Source: Octopus vulgaris
Taxonomy: Eukaryota
Assembly (NCBI GenBank): GCA_951406725.2
Contig: OX597821.1
Coordinates: forward strand, 98,704,001-98,768,000
Direction of reading: 5' to 3'
DNA length: 64,000 bases
The translations under genes were made by a program, and so were the position numbers. The notes beneath the pieces are model-generated. The model saw only the letters and a program-made list of their open reading frames with translations. It did no database searches and had not been told where the DNA came from. Below, piece by piece: positions 38,198-51,044 of the stretch; within the stretch, counting starts at the first letter, position 1; every line of letters begins with the position of its first letter.

Positions 38198-38866
38198 ATT
38201 ATTATTATTATGGCTGCCCCCTCGTTATCGAGTATGGCCATTGCACGAAGCTTAACTGTTACTGGTGCTGTGATCGAATGTGACTTTTTAGCCCAGCTAA
38301 AGATCTACAATGTCTTGTACAAAATTGACAACTAAAACCTTTACTGGTAATAGCCGACTGTAGTTGTAACTGGGCTTCATGTACCTTTGCATGTCGTTTA
38401 AGTCCTCCTGCCGAATTACACTCTCTTCCACATGCCCGACATATGATTAGTATGGTGTGTTACACCACCACCAGTGGCCAGGTTGTCACTCATCTGTCTC
38501 GTTTTATGACTACGAAGATGACTCTTGAGTCCAGCTTTACTGAGGCAGGGTCTTGTACAGACATTGCATGTCAGCATCAAAGGAAGACCCTTCCCATCTG
38601 GAAGTGTAACAGCGATGCCCTTCCTGACATCCCTCCTTACTTTCTCATGTGCAACTTGAGATTTCTCAAAATTGATACCGTCAATAGAAAAGCATTGTGG
38701 AAAGTCCTCCAGAAACTTGGGTATCCTGAAAAGTTCCTTGCTTTGGTTAGGTCTTTTCATGAAGACATGAATGGTAGGGTGAATGTTAGAGGGAAAATGT
38801 TGGAGCCCATTTCAATACAAAATGGAGTGAAACAGGGGGATATTCTGGCACCGACCCTATTTTCCA
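38198..38866 (-). mobile_element. RTE LINE 3' end (38198-~38660, -) joined to an inverted RT fragment (~38660-38866, +)
   Basis: Minus: CNVCTRPCLSKAGLKSHLRSH plus (TAA)n tail. Plus: DTVNRKALWKVLQKLGYPEKF..GVKQGDILAPTLFS. Confidence 0.85.
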
Positions 38867-38901
38867 TGTATATACATACATACATACATACATACATACA
38901 T

Positions 38902-38932
<31 letters not shown>

Positions 38933-38942
38933 TATATGTATA

Positions 38943-38978
<36 letters not shown>

Positions 38979-39512
38979 GTCACAATGAGGATATTTAAAC
39001 CTCTTAAAGGGATATTTTTATCCAATATTCACTGGTTTAATATATTGTATTTTGAAGAGATATTTCTTCAATGAATATAACAGATCATAATGTAATCCTT
39101 GTATTGTCCTTTGTGCACCCTGATGATTTTCCACCCAAGGTATTTTAAAATGCAAAATTATATATTTATATATGTTTAGTAGTTTTAATTTTGGTTGAGA
39201 AATGAAATGATTGAAGATGAATATGTTAATTAATAAATTAATTTGTATCCATTAGATCTCTGTTTTCAAACTCGTTAATACATATATATATATATATAAT
39301 GTATATATAGTGTCTTTGTATCTATGTTTGTCTCCTACCACCACTCAACAACCAGTGCTGGTATGTTTATGTGCCTGTAATTTAGTGATTCAGCAAGGGA
39401 CTGAAAGGGTAAGTACCAGACTTTAAAACAAAATAAGCTCCAGGGTTGATACATTCAACTAAAATTTCAAGGTGGCTACTGTCAAATGACTGAAACAAGT
39501 AAAAGATAAAAG

Positions 39513-39545
<33 letters not shown>

Positions 39546-39546
39546 C

Positions 39547-39601
<55 letters not shown>

Positions 39602-39959
39602 TATGCATATATATATACATATGCATATATATATATATATAAGTAAGTGGACAAATACAAGAAACAGGTACTCGGGATGTTTAGTTGGCGTTACATATAC
39701 TACTATTTAAAACAGTTTTATTCAGTTCTATGTGACTCATGGTTTTGCAGCTCTTTCAAGCTTAGATTACTAAATGAAGAAACAGAAAGTCCAAGATGGA
39801 CTGAGATTTAGTGGTGTGAGGATTAAAGAGAGGAGAAATATACATATATAGATGTGTGTGTGTGTGTATGTGTTAGTCAAGAATTAAGCAATCGCCTAAT
39901 GTACATATCCTCACAGACAAAACAAGGAGCATTTATGAACCAAACAACCTCAAACATGT

Positions 39960-41705
39960 AAGATTCCTCGCAAACATGATCACTACGACATACAAGAAAA
40001 CTAGCACCTCCACATACAGTGACATAAATACAGATGTGAAGGTGCTAGCCACTCTCTTTAATATAGAAGATTGTGTGAACTGTCTCACCATATGACCCCC
40101 ACTCCCACATCATGTGATCCCCATTAGGATCAGAAATCTAGTTTCTTTTGTGATCCCAAATGCAGGCTGATTGACCCATCTAAAAGTGAGATAGGCATTG
40201 TCAATAAGTGCATTCTTGATGCCATCAACTCTATTAGAAGGGTCACAGGGTTGATTCAATGGGATTCCTGTGCAATTGTGATCAACTGGTTCAATGATAT
40301 CAAGTCTCCAAATTTACAAAGTTTGACATTGTAGACTTCTACCTTTCTATATCAAAACTTCTTCTCCTGAAAGGCCCTGGTTATTGCTAAGCAGTTCACT
40401 AATATAAGCAATCTTGATGTCAGAATCATCATGAATGCCAGAAAATCAGTCCTAGTTCATGGTGGTACCTTCTGGGTGAAGAAAGAATCCACAGTTCGAT
40501 GTTTCTTTGGGGAGGTATGATGAGGCTGAGATTGACATTCTTGTTAGGTTACTTGTCTTTGATACCTTCAAGAAATACATGGACCCACATAGGTTGGCCC
40601 TTTACAGGGACAATGGCCTGGCAATATCAAGCCATATGAATGGTCATGTCATGGATGAGTTTAGGGAGGACCTGATAAAAATATTCAAAGAATTCAGCTG
40701 TTCATGACAGTTACCACCAACTTGACCACAGTTGACATCTAGGAGATATGACTCTAGATCTGAAAACAGGCAAGTACCACCCTTACAGGAAACCTAATGA
40801 GGAAACTGTGTACATCCACAAAAGCTCACATCAGCTCTTTGTTGCTATTAGAAACTGTGTCTCAGATGTTAGTGGCAGAATTTTCAAGTGTTCAGATGAT
40901 AGGGAGATCTTCAAGAGGGCCACCCATACCACTACAACAATACATTGATGAAAATTGGGTTTACTGAGAAGTGAACATATATGGAGGACCTCCAGTTCCC
41001 AGTCCCACACTTGAAGAGGACAAGAAAGAGAAAGATAATCTGGTTCAATCCTTCATTTAACCTAGAAGTTACAACCAGCATAGCTGAGAACTTCCTGTCA
41101 CTGATTAAGAAGCATTTCCCTGGGGAAATATAATACATGTGGTCCCTGGGGACCACAAGTACTATAAGCTGTTCAACCCACATAACATCAAGGTGTGTTA
41201 CTCCTGCTTAGATAATGTCATTTCTTACATTGTACAATACAACAGACACAAACATGCACCTGCAAAATCTCCAATTCCAACTTGTAATTTCCAAAACCCT
41301 ACAAGCTGCTCTTTATGAAGATCCTGCCTCTCAAGAGCTGTAGTTTACCAAGCCATCCTTACAACATTTGATAGGATTGCAAGGCACTACACAGGCATGA
41401 TGGACAATGATTTCAAGGGAGAGTACACACAGTATATACACTTGCTTAGATGCAGAGATAGAGAAAAATTCTACTTCTTTGTCTCATTTCCTCTGGAGAC
41501 TTTGTGACCTCTGGAATGAAACACCCAACTTCCAATTGACCATCATTGACCGGATCTCACTCTACTCATCTTGCACTTGCATTTGCCAACTCTGACTTTG
41601 TGAAAGATAGCACATTCTCCACCAACCTGCAATATTTATTAATAGGAAATATGAACTATCTTATTGCTGTCATCAGAAGTACACCCTCCTGGTGAACTTT
41701 AAACC
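39960..41705 (+). mobile_element. Penelope-like element (Naiad-like) RT plus GIY-YIG pseudogene
   Basis: PKCRLIDPSKSEIG, KFDIVDFY, LYRDNGLA, YHPYRKPNEETVYIH, RKIIWFNP, AVVYQA and HYTG motifs in order, with many disablements. Confidence 0.85.
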
Positions 41706-42097
41706 ACTAGCTGCTGACAACTCAGATATACTCAGATATACCACCTTAACATTTGTTGCTTCTCAACACTGGCTACCCCACAACCAAGAGTAGGGTTCCA
41801 AACCACCAGTGCCTGTGAAAACCACAGACTGACCTTATGCATTCCCTGCATATATTTGTTTCCATAAATGTGGTGTGTGCACACAAACACACTCATACAC
41901 ATCTATGTACACACACACACCTATATATGCACATGAACATAATATGCATCTATTTACATACATACACCTATATATGCACATGCATGCATACACACATTTA
42001 TGTATGCATACGTCTGTCTTTCCTCCCCTCCCGCCAACCTCAGTCCAACGCCTATTCTCTCCCACCAGCGATGCTGTTGCAGCTGTACTATTATACA

Positions 42098-42318
42098 TCT
42101 ATTTCTTTATTACCCACAAGGGGCTAAACACAGAGGGGACAAACAAGGACAGACATAGGTATTAAGTCGATTACATCGGCCCCAGTGCGTAACTGGTACT
42201 TAATTTATCGACCCCGAAAGGATGAAAGGCAAAGTTGACCTCGGCAGAATTTGAACTCACAAGGTAACGCAGACGAAATACCGCTAAGCATTTAGCCTGG
42301 CGTGCTAATGTTTCTGTC
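42098..42318 (-). mobile_element. Nin-domain SINE with Tx1-like tail
   Basis: Near-identical to the 22420 copy and to units of the 30025 trimer. Confidence 0.85.
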
Positions 42319-42637
42319 ACACTTGCACACATACATACTAAAATCATGAAGACATATGTATACATATGCACACATGAGACACAAACACACATGCATATAT
42401 GTTCTCCCAGATCGACATGCACACACTCCTGCATTTATACACTAAAGCATGAATGTACATAATCTCACGCCACAAACGTACACACATCTATGTGTGTATG
42501 TACACTTCTCTCTCCCAACCCATGCCACCAAATGTCAATCCAACGCCTATTCCCTGCCTCCAGGAAAGCTGTTGCAACTACCCTAGCATACACATGTCAC
42601 ATCTGCACACATAAGTACCAAAAGCATGAATATATAT

Positions 42638-43466
42638 AGAGTGCGATGGGTAAATTGTCACCATTTTATATTTTCAATTTCACGCATGCACATTGTTTGT
42701 TTTTTTATTTTGTTGATTACATAGTATAGTAGGGTCAGTTGGGCACTGTTTATGAGGAAAACAGCTCCATGACACAATTCATTCGGCCAGAAATTTGGAA
42801 ACATGCTGGGAGCTGCAATATGAATATTTCAGAGTGTTTGGGTGTCAGTCTGAGGACTGTGCATGTACTGACAGTGATAAAAAAATCAAACATACAGTCA
42901 ACATCATGGTGTTTGGAGTAATCACTAGTGATGGTGACATTATGCCTCAGACTCAACATGGAAGCCTACATCAAGTGCCTGGAGGAGGTAATGCTGCCAT
43001 GGGTCAAGAGGGTGGCTGCTGGAAGACCCTGTATCTAGTAACAGGACTCTGCATCATGCCACACAAGCAGGTGAACCCAGTCATGGCTGTCACAATTTCT
43101 GTGACCACATCATCCCTAACATCTGGCCACATAACTCCCAGATTGCAATCCCTTTGATTATTGTGTGTGGGGTGCATGTGAGCAACAGGCCAATAAAAAT
43201 CCTTGTAACACCAAAGATGAACTGAAAGCAAGGATTATGGCAACATTCACCAACTTAAACAAGGAGACTATCCAGAAGAGCTGCAGGAAATTCCAAAGTC
43301 GTCTGGAGGCCGTGGTTGAAGCCAATGGTGATTTTATTGAATAAATTTACTCTTTAGTATTTCAAGATATTTTTATGTAATTTTGGTAGATATATCTAGT
43401 AAAATGAGATGTCAGTGTTATTTTCATTTTCGCGTAATTTAGACAACAGTTATTTACTACACACTG
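42638..43466 (+). mobile_element. Internally deleted Tc1/mariner element
   Basis: Imperfect TIRs flanked by TA; IKHTVNIMVFGVITSDGDIMP and WP..PDCNPFDYCVWG motifs. Confidence 0.8.
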
Positions 43467-43614
43467 TATATGTCCACACACACACACACACTATGCATGC
43501 ATATATGTTCTTCCAGAAAAATATGCACACACTCACGTTAATACTCAAATGCAAGAATGTACATATACACACACATCCATATAGGCACCCTAAATATGTT
43601 CACGTATACACATA

Positions 43615-43842
43615 CTCTTTTACTCTTTTACTTGTTTCAGTCATTTGACTGCGGCCATGCTGGAGCACCTTCGAGCAACTCGACCCCGGGACTTATTCTT
43701 TGTAAGCCCAGTACTTATTCTATCGGTCTCTTTTGCCGAATCGCTAAGTGACGGGGACATAAACACACCAGCATTGGTTGTCAAGCAATGCTAGGAGGAC
43801 AAACACGCACACAAACATACATGCACACACACACACACACAC

Positions 43843-43912
<70 letters not shown>

Positions 43913-44065
43913 TACGACGGGCTTCTTTCAGTTTCCGTCTGCCAAATCCACTCACAAGGCTTTGGTCAGCCCGAGGCTATAGTAGAAGACACCCAAGGTA
44001 CACATAGTGGGACTGAACCTGGAACCATGTGGTTGGCAAGCAAGCTACTTACCACACTGCCAGTC
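43615..44065 (-). mobile_element. CORE-type SINE
   Basis: Reverse complement of the 14018 family. Confidence 0.9.
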
Positions 44066-44315
44066 CTGTATATATCACGCATTAATTTCTTATGTATTCA
44101 CACACACACACAAACTCACTGGCCTTGGTTCTGTCAATTTTCCAAATCTCTACAAAGGTCCTCCAGACAAAAGACAGCTGATCTCACCTCCAACAAGACC
44201 ATGTGACCTGCTTTGACCAATAGCAGTCCTTTTTCCAGTGTTTGTTCATTTAGTAATCTAAACCTGAACAAGCTAGGTTTCTGTTAGAAGTTGCTTCAAA
44301 CCGAATGAAATTGTT

Positions 44316-44348
<33 letters not shown>

Positions 44349-44409
44349 TTTACGTTTATATATTTGTTTCGCAAGATTCTTGATGTGAAATCGTGTGTTG
44401 AAACAGATA

Positions 44410-44805
44410 TTGTTGTATTTAGGAATGGTCATTTTGCCAGTTTAGCCAATAAAAACACATGCACTATATATTTGGTGTTAATTTGCTTCAGTGTTATTCA
44501 TTTTTTACATTAATCTTAATCTTATTTCGGCCAGAGTTCTTTCGTCACACTCCTATGACCTCATCAGTGGTCATTTGCTTTCTTCTTTCTTGGCTGACCG
44601 TTAGTAAGGAGAGACACATAAATAAGAAAGAAGAAAGCAAAGGACCACTGATGAGGTCATAGAAGTGTGACAAAAGAACTCTAGCCGAAATAAGCTTAAG
44701 ATTAATGTAAAAAATAAATAACGCTGAAGCAAGTTAACACCAAATATATAGTGCGTGTGTTTTTATTGGCTAAACTGGCAAAATAACCATTCCTAAATAC
44801 AACAA
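44410..44805. repeat. Long hairpin: 182-bp inverted arms (44410-44591 / 44624-44805), probably Penelope-derived
   Basis: Arms roughly 90% identical by eye with a 32-bp spacer; each has CTGATGA..CCGAAA. Confidence 0.9.
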
Positions 44806-44899
44806 CAACAATAATAATAATATTTTGATTCATGGTTTAAAATTAAAAAAAGCATGTATACCTTTCCAGTTATTCCATAAGTAAATGCCCTGAGCAGCC

Positions 44900-46680
44900 T
44901 TTATAGATATGATTTGACTGCATATTTCCAAAGGTCTCGTTCACTAGTCATTGCCCCAGTGAGGCCTAATATTCGAAGGGCATGCTTCACCACCTAATCC
45001 CAGGTCTCCTGGGTCTACCTCTTCTACAGGTTCCCTCAACCGCTAGGGTGTGGCACTTTTTCACACAACTATCCTCATAGAATGGTCTTGCCACATGACC
45101 ATACTAGTGCAGTTGTCTCTCTTGCACACCACATCTGATGTTTCTTAGGTCTAACTTTTCTTTCAAGGTACTTACACTCTGTTGAGTATGAACACTGACA
45201 TTACACATCCATTGGAGCATACTGGCTTCATTCTTTGCGAGCTTACGCTCAGCACTCTTGACCCATGTTTCACTGCCATGTAGCATGGCTGTTTGTACAC
45301 ATGCGTCATACAGTCTACCTTTTACTCTGAGCGAGAGGCCCTTTGTCACCAGCAGAGGTAAGAGCTCTCTGAACTTTGCCCAGGCTATTCTTATTCTAGC
45401 AGCTACACTTTCACCGCACCCTTTTCCCGCTACTGACTTGGTCACCTAGGTAACGGAAGCTATCAACTACTTCTAGTTTTTCTCCCTGGAATGTGGCGGA
45501 AGTTGTTCTCTGCACATTTCCAGTGTGCTCCTGAGCATCTGCCATATACAAAAACTATCTTCCCAGTTAGCCTTCCTTTGATATTGCTGCACCTCTTATG
45601 TGTCCATAGCTTACACTGGGTACATCTTATAGAGTTTCTATCTATGCCTTTTCTACAGATCGTGCAGGGCCATCTACCTGAAGGGATTTGTGGGTTGCCT
45701 GCCTTCAGACTTGTTAGGACTTTGGTTTTAGCTAGGTTGACTCTAAGGCCCTTCGATTCTAATCCTTGTTTCCACACCTAGAACTTCTCCTCTAGCTCTG
45801 ATAGTGACTCAGCAATTAGAGCAAGGTTGTCAGCATAGAGGAGCTCCCAGGGGCATCCTGTCTTGAATTCTTCTGTTATTGCCTGGAGGACTATGATAAA
45901 TAGGAGGGGGCTGAGGACTGAACCTTAGTGAATCCCTACCTCTACCCGGAATTCTTCACTGTACTTGTTGCCAACCCTCACCTTACTGACAGCGTCCCTG
46001 TACATGGCTTGCACGGCTCTCACTAACTGTTCATCTATCCCTAGTTTCCTCACTGACCACCAGATAAGGGATCAAGGGACTCTGTCAAAGGCTTTCTCCA
46101 TGTCAGCACAAGCCAGGTACAGAGGCTTATCTTTGGCTAGGTATTTCTCCTGCTGCTGTCTTACCAGAAATATAGTATCAGTGGCACAAACTCAAACTAC
46201 ATCTCATCTAAACTGACTTTCTCCCTAATTAGTTGGGCTATGACCCTCTCCATGACTTTCATCATCTGATCCAACAACTTGATACCACTGTAATTATTTG
46301 TATCTTATGCATCACCTTTACCTTTGTAGCAGTTGACTATTATGCTGCTACACCAGTCATTGGGTATGACTCCTTCATGTATCACCTAATTGACTATACA
46401 GGTGACTAGACTATAGCCGACACCACTGGATATTTTAAGCATCTCTACAGTGATTCCTGATGGGCCAAGGGATTTCCCTGTCTTCATACTCTTAATTGCT
46501 GTATCTACCAAGATACTGTCGACTCAGATAGCTGGTCCCTCTGTTGGGTCAACATTCAGCAGACTCTCTTTCTCCCATTCATTCTCTTTATTCAGCAACC
46601 TTTCATAGTGGTGCCTCCAAACCTCTCTCTTTGCAGCCTCGTTTAGTGCAAGTGAACCATCATCCATGCAGACACATTTG
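44900..46680 (-). mobile_element. RTE-clade LINE RT region with inserted Cys/His finger
   Basis: KAFDRVP, PWELLYADNL, GLRVNLAKTKVL, WPCTICRKG..CTQCKLWTHKRC and RIRIAWAKFRELLP motifs in order. Confidence 0.9.
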
Positions 46681-46799
46681 ATATGCATAATAACATTGAG
46701 GTTATTATGCATATCAAAATTACACAAACCAGAGTGATATGGTTTATGATGTCTCTAGTGGTCTCTTTTTAATTTCTGCCAAAATGTATAATTTAAAAT

Positions 46800-47920
46800 G
46801 CAGACATAAAGAAAAAATCTTATCCCTGGAATTTTCGCAGTCATTGGAAAATGTACATTTCTGCAAGGGAACATATTGAACACCATTTTGATCCATTAAT
46901 ATAAGGTTTGGTCTTCAAAAGGAGTTTCCATTTGTTGTTGTAGTTAATGTTTTCATCTATAAGTTCCCAGATTAATGCTGAGAGGGTTGTTGCATGTCTC
47001 TTATTGCAGTGTGTAAAGGTTGAAAGATAGTTGTTATATCTGGATTTAAATTTTCCTTCCACTGATCTAATATAATGCTTGGTCTCTGTTTGACCATTGT
47101 CATTGTTTGCTGATAACTGTGCTTCATGAACAACAGAGGATATATCACAGGCCTGCCCTAAAGTACTTGTAGATTTATCACTGCATGTGCATCCAGGAAA
47201 GGTTTGAGTCATTGGTTGTTTATTGATGTAGGGCTTTACATTAGGTGGGGGCAAGAAAAGGTAATTTAATCTTGTTTCTGTAAATATGTTTCTGTAGCTA
47301 TGGCTACTAGGAAAGTGAATATTTAATAAGTGTAAGACCCCCTCTACCTATATTTGTCCTAACATTTAGGGAGAAAGGTGGAGTGAACCATAAACTAGAT
47401 GATTGAAAAAGTGGAGGATTATGAAAGAGTTTATCAGTAGAGTTAATTTCTTGTAGAGCCTTATTATAATATTGGGAAGCCTTTTTGAATATTTCTTTAG
47501 ACAAAGCTAATGCTCAGAATTAAGTTCTTAAATACAATAGGTAGGTAGCAGGAGTGCTTATTAATATATTTTAGATTCTTGTTAGGCTTCTAGAAGAGCT
47601 TATAGGAATTAGTTTTGAGGTCTAAGGAAACATCTAAAAAGTCAGTTCTAGTTAGGTTAGGGTCAATAGAGATTCTAAGCCCTAAAGACCTAAAGGTTGA
47701 AATCAACTGTTTTCTAAAGGAATCCATAGCATGACCATCATGATTGTTTAATACTGACAAAGCATCATCCTGGTATATACTGATGCTATAGTTAGGGAAT
47801 TTCAAATTTAGATGGTCTTGTATGTATGAACCAACTAAATCACATGTATCTGCACTAGCATATGAACCTATTGGGACATTGTGTACTCCATTTGGTTTAT
47901 CCGTTTTGGTCCAAATACAT
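46800..47920 (-). mobile_element. Penelope-like element (Naiad-like) RT/GIY-YIG relic
   Basis: IYQDDALS, TDFLDVSLDLKT, WFTPPFSLNVRTNIG, HYIRSVEGKFKSRYNNY and HATTLSALIWEL. Confidence 0.85.
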
Positions 47921-48045
47921 CTATTTGTATGTGTGTGAATAAAAATTTAGATATATATATGTGTATATAAATTTAGATAAATGTAGCTTTAATTGGAGTA
48001 TATATATTATTATTATGATACATTATTATATAATTATTGTATATG

Positions 48046-48134
48046 TATTATTTTCTGAAACAGAGATTATACAGAGTGAGCAAAAAATGCAGTAAGGATC
48101 CCAAAAAGGTATGTCCTCAAATACCTTATGTACC

Positions 48135-48181
<47 letters not shown>

Positions 48182-48272
48182 GAGTGTGTGTAAGCTATTT
48201 GAGAACATACCTTTTTTGGGTCATTGCTGCATTCTTTGCTAATCTGTATAATCTTTGTTTCAGAAAATAATA
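48046..48272. repeat. Inverted repeat (~90-bp arms) centred on (AT)n
   Basis: tattattttctgaaacagagattatacaga / tctgtataatctttgtttcagaaaataata. Confidence 0.85.
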
Positions 48273-48274
48273 AA

Positions 48275-48550
48275 GGCAGCCCCACAACTTACTCAATAAA
48301 TGAAGAGGTATGCTGTTATTGTGGTTATAAAGGCTGAGCATAGCGATTTAGAAATATCTTGCTTTTTAAAAGTTTCCAGATCTTTCATCTACAAAGTTTG
48401 TAAGGAGCTAGAGACTGAGGATGGAAATGTATCACCAGTATTAAAGCATAAAAAGTATTCTAAATGCTCTGAAATCATCAGAACACCTGAATTTATCCAG
48501 CAAGTTCAATAGACAATTGATTACAATTCCAGGAAGTCCATGAGGACAAT
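48275..48550 (+). mobile_element. Tc1/mariner 5' (HTH) fragment
   Basis: KRYAVIVVIKAEHSDLEISCFLKVSRSFIYKV..RTPEFIQQVQ; related to the start of the 8.4 kb copy. Confidence 0.65.
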
Positions 48551-48554
48551 TGTA

Positions 48555-49047
48555 TGTGTGTGTGTGTATATGTTTGTGTGTCTGTGTTTGTCCCCCCAAC
48601 ATCGCTTGACAACCGATGCTGGTGTGTTTACGTCCCCATAACTTAGCGGTTCGACAAAAGAGACCGATAGAATAAGTACTAGGCTTACAAAGAATAAGTC
48701 CTGGGGTTGATTTGCTTGACTAAAGGTGGTGCTCCAGCATGGCCACAGTCAAATGACTGAAACAAGTAAAAGAGTGGTTAGGGCAGTGGACTCGTGGTCG
48801 TAGGATTGCAGTTTCAATTCTCAGACTGGGTGTTGTGTGTGTTTATTGAGCGAAAACACCTAAAGCTCCATGAGGGTGGTGGCGACCCCTGCTGTACTCT
48901 TTCACCGCAACTTTCTCTCACTCTTTCTTCTGTTGGCCTGCTCGCTTAGCCAGCAGTGTGGCGTCATTTGAAGGCTAAAAAACAATGCGAAGTGCATTGT
49001 GACCAGCGATGTGTAGCAACATCTGATGGCCTGGTCGGTCACGTGAT

Positions 49048-49055
<8 letters not shown>
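48555..49055 (+). mobile_element. CORE SINE 3' half followed by a third tRNA-like SINE (48773-49055)
   Basis: First part identical to the family; second starts AGTGGTTAGGGCAGTGGACTCGTG..GTTTCAATTC (tRNA-like) and ends GGTCACGTGATCACGTGAT. Confidence 0.65.
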
Positions 49056-49090
<35 letters not shown>

Positions 49091-49091
<1 letters not shown>

Positions 49092-50289
49092 GAGGTGGTA
49101 TCAAAAAGTTCCAGGACTACTTATATTTAAAAAAAACAACTTATTTACCTTAATTTTAACATCATCTCTTTCAAAACAGTTACCTTGCGCAGCAATACAA
49201 TGGTCTCAGCATTCTTGCCACTTTTGGAATCTGGCCTGGAAGTTGTTTTCCGTAAATGAGTTGAGGAGCTTCTGTAATTTGCTCTTGATCTCAACAATGG
49301 TGTTAAAACGACAACCTTTGAGCTGCATTTTCATCTTGAAGAAGAGATGGAAGTCAGCTGGTGCTAAATCTGGTGAAGATACCATGAGTAAGAAGAGCTC
49401 AGTGATAAGGTGCATTGTCGTCATTAAGAACCCAATTCTTTGCGCTCCACAGATCTGATTGCTTTTATGAATGTTCCCCTCCCCCAAATGCTTCAAAATG
49501 TCAGAGCAGAATTATCGATTGACAGTCTGGCCCAGGATGGGGACGGATTCTCTGGCCTTGGGGGAAGAATTCTCGATGAACAATACTGCAGATCATCATC
49601 ATCATCATCATCATCGTTTAACGTTCGTTCTCCATGCTAGCATGGGTTGGATGGTTTGACCGGGGATCTGGGAAGCCAGAAGGCTGCACCAGGCTCCGGT
49701 CTTATCTGGCAGTGTTTCTACAGCTGGATGCCCTTCCTAACGCCAACCACTCCGTGAGTGTAGTGGGTGCTTTTTACGTGCCACCTGCACTGGTGCCAGG
49801 CAAGGCTGGCATTGGCCACGGTCAGATTGGTGCATTTTACGTGCCACCTGCACGGAAGCCAGTCAAGGTGGCACTGGCTTCGGCCACGATGTTGATAAAA
49901 ATGACGAGCATGCTCTGTCATTGAGCTGTGGCTCTGTCGTGCCTTTTAAAGGGCCCGTGTCACTCAAAACATTGCATACAACCCGTTACCCTGTTGCTGT
50001 AAGCTTCTTGAAGGATGTTCAATGTCTCTGTAGCAGACTTCCCAAGTTAAACATGAAATTTCATGTTGGCTCTTTGTTCCAACTTCTTGTCCATGACAAA
50101 AATTGCAGACTACAGCAGACACATGATCACAAAAATACAAATTTCACAACTTGTGAATTAAATACAATAATGTCACTCTGCACACTGCCCCATGAAGGTC
50201 ACTGATAGCTCTCACTGTGCATAAAGCCATGTACTGCCATCTGTTGGCATACTACGGAACTAGTCCAGGAACTTTTTATTACCACCTCA
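49091..50289 (-). mobile_element. mariner element with TIRs, interrupted by an RTE-tail repeat (49591-~49890)
   Basis: 29-bp TIRs CGAGGTGGTATCAAAAAGTTCCAGGACTA, TA flanks, SPDLAPADFHLFFKMKMQLKG motif. Confidence 0.9.
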
Positions 50290-51044
50290 TATCTCTCTTT
50301 CTCTTTCTCTCTCTCTACACACATACACACAAGGTACATTCCACAAATTTTGAGACTTTTGAGAAGTGACATTTGTTAATTTCAAAGTAGTACAAAATTC
50401 TAATCTCCTTCAAAATAGGTTCCTCTGGCTTCATCCTGGAGCAAAAATGTTGGCAGGCTAGCTTATTAGATTAGGTTAGTAATGGTATACTAAAACTACA
50501 ATAATCCAGGTTAGTTATGACTGCTTCTAAAAAAAGCTCAAAACTTCTACAATGCACCTCGTACACACACATGTGGTTATGATTTTAAACTGTATCTGCT
50601 AGTGGGGCCTTGGTATGAAAGTTCCAGGTATTGAGGAGTGTGAAACCTTCCCTCAGCTATTATTGCTCTCAAGTTTACTCTGATTCAGCTGTTATGATTC
50701 CAGTTGTGGATTAATTAGCATGTGAACTACTGAGAGTGAAGGACTCCTGGTTCTTGTTAGAACTTCCTTCCAGGAGAAGGTAAACTTCCCGAAGTGCAGT
50801 TTGTGCATAGGAACTTCTTGGAGTCTTGGAATATGTAAGCTACAGACATAAGAAATGTAGTAGAATCTCAGGAAGGTTAACAGAGTAAGTAGTCTTAGCG
50901 TAAGGTAGTTGATATGTAGGTACAGCAAACACTAAGAACACACAGGAAATATATTTCTTTTGATGCCTAGGAGTTCCTTAGAGGTAATAGATAGATTCCA
51001 TTATCTAGGTGAATAAATTAGCAGTGGAGAAAGTTGGTCTGAAG

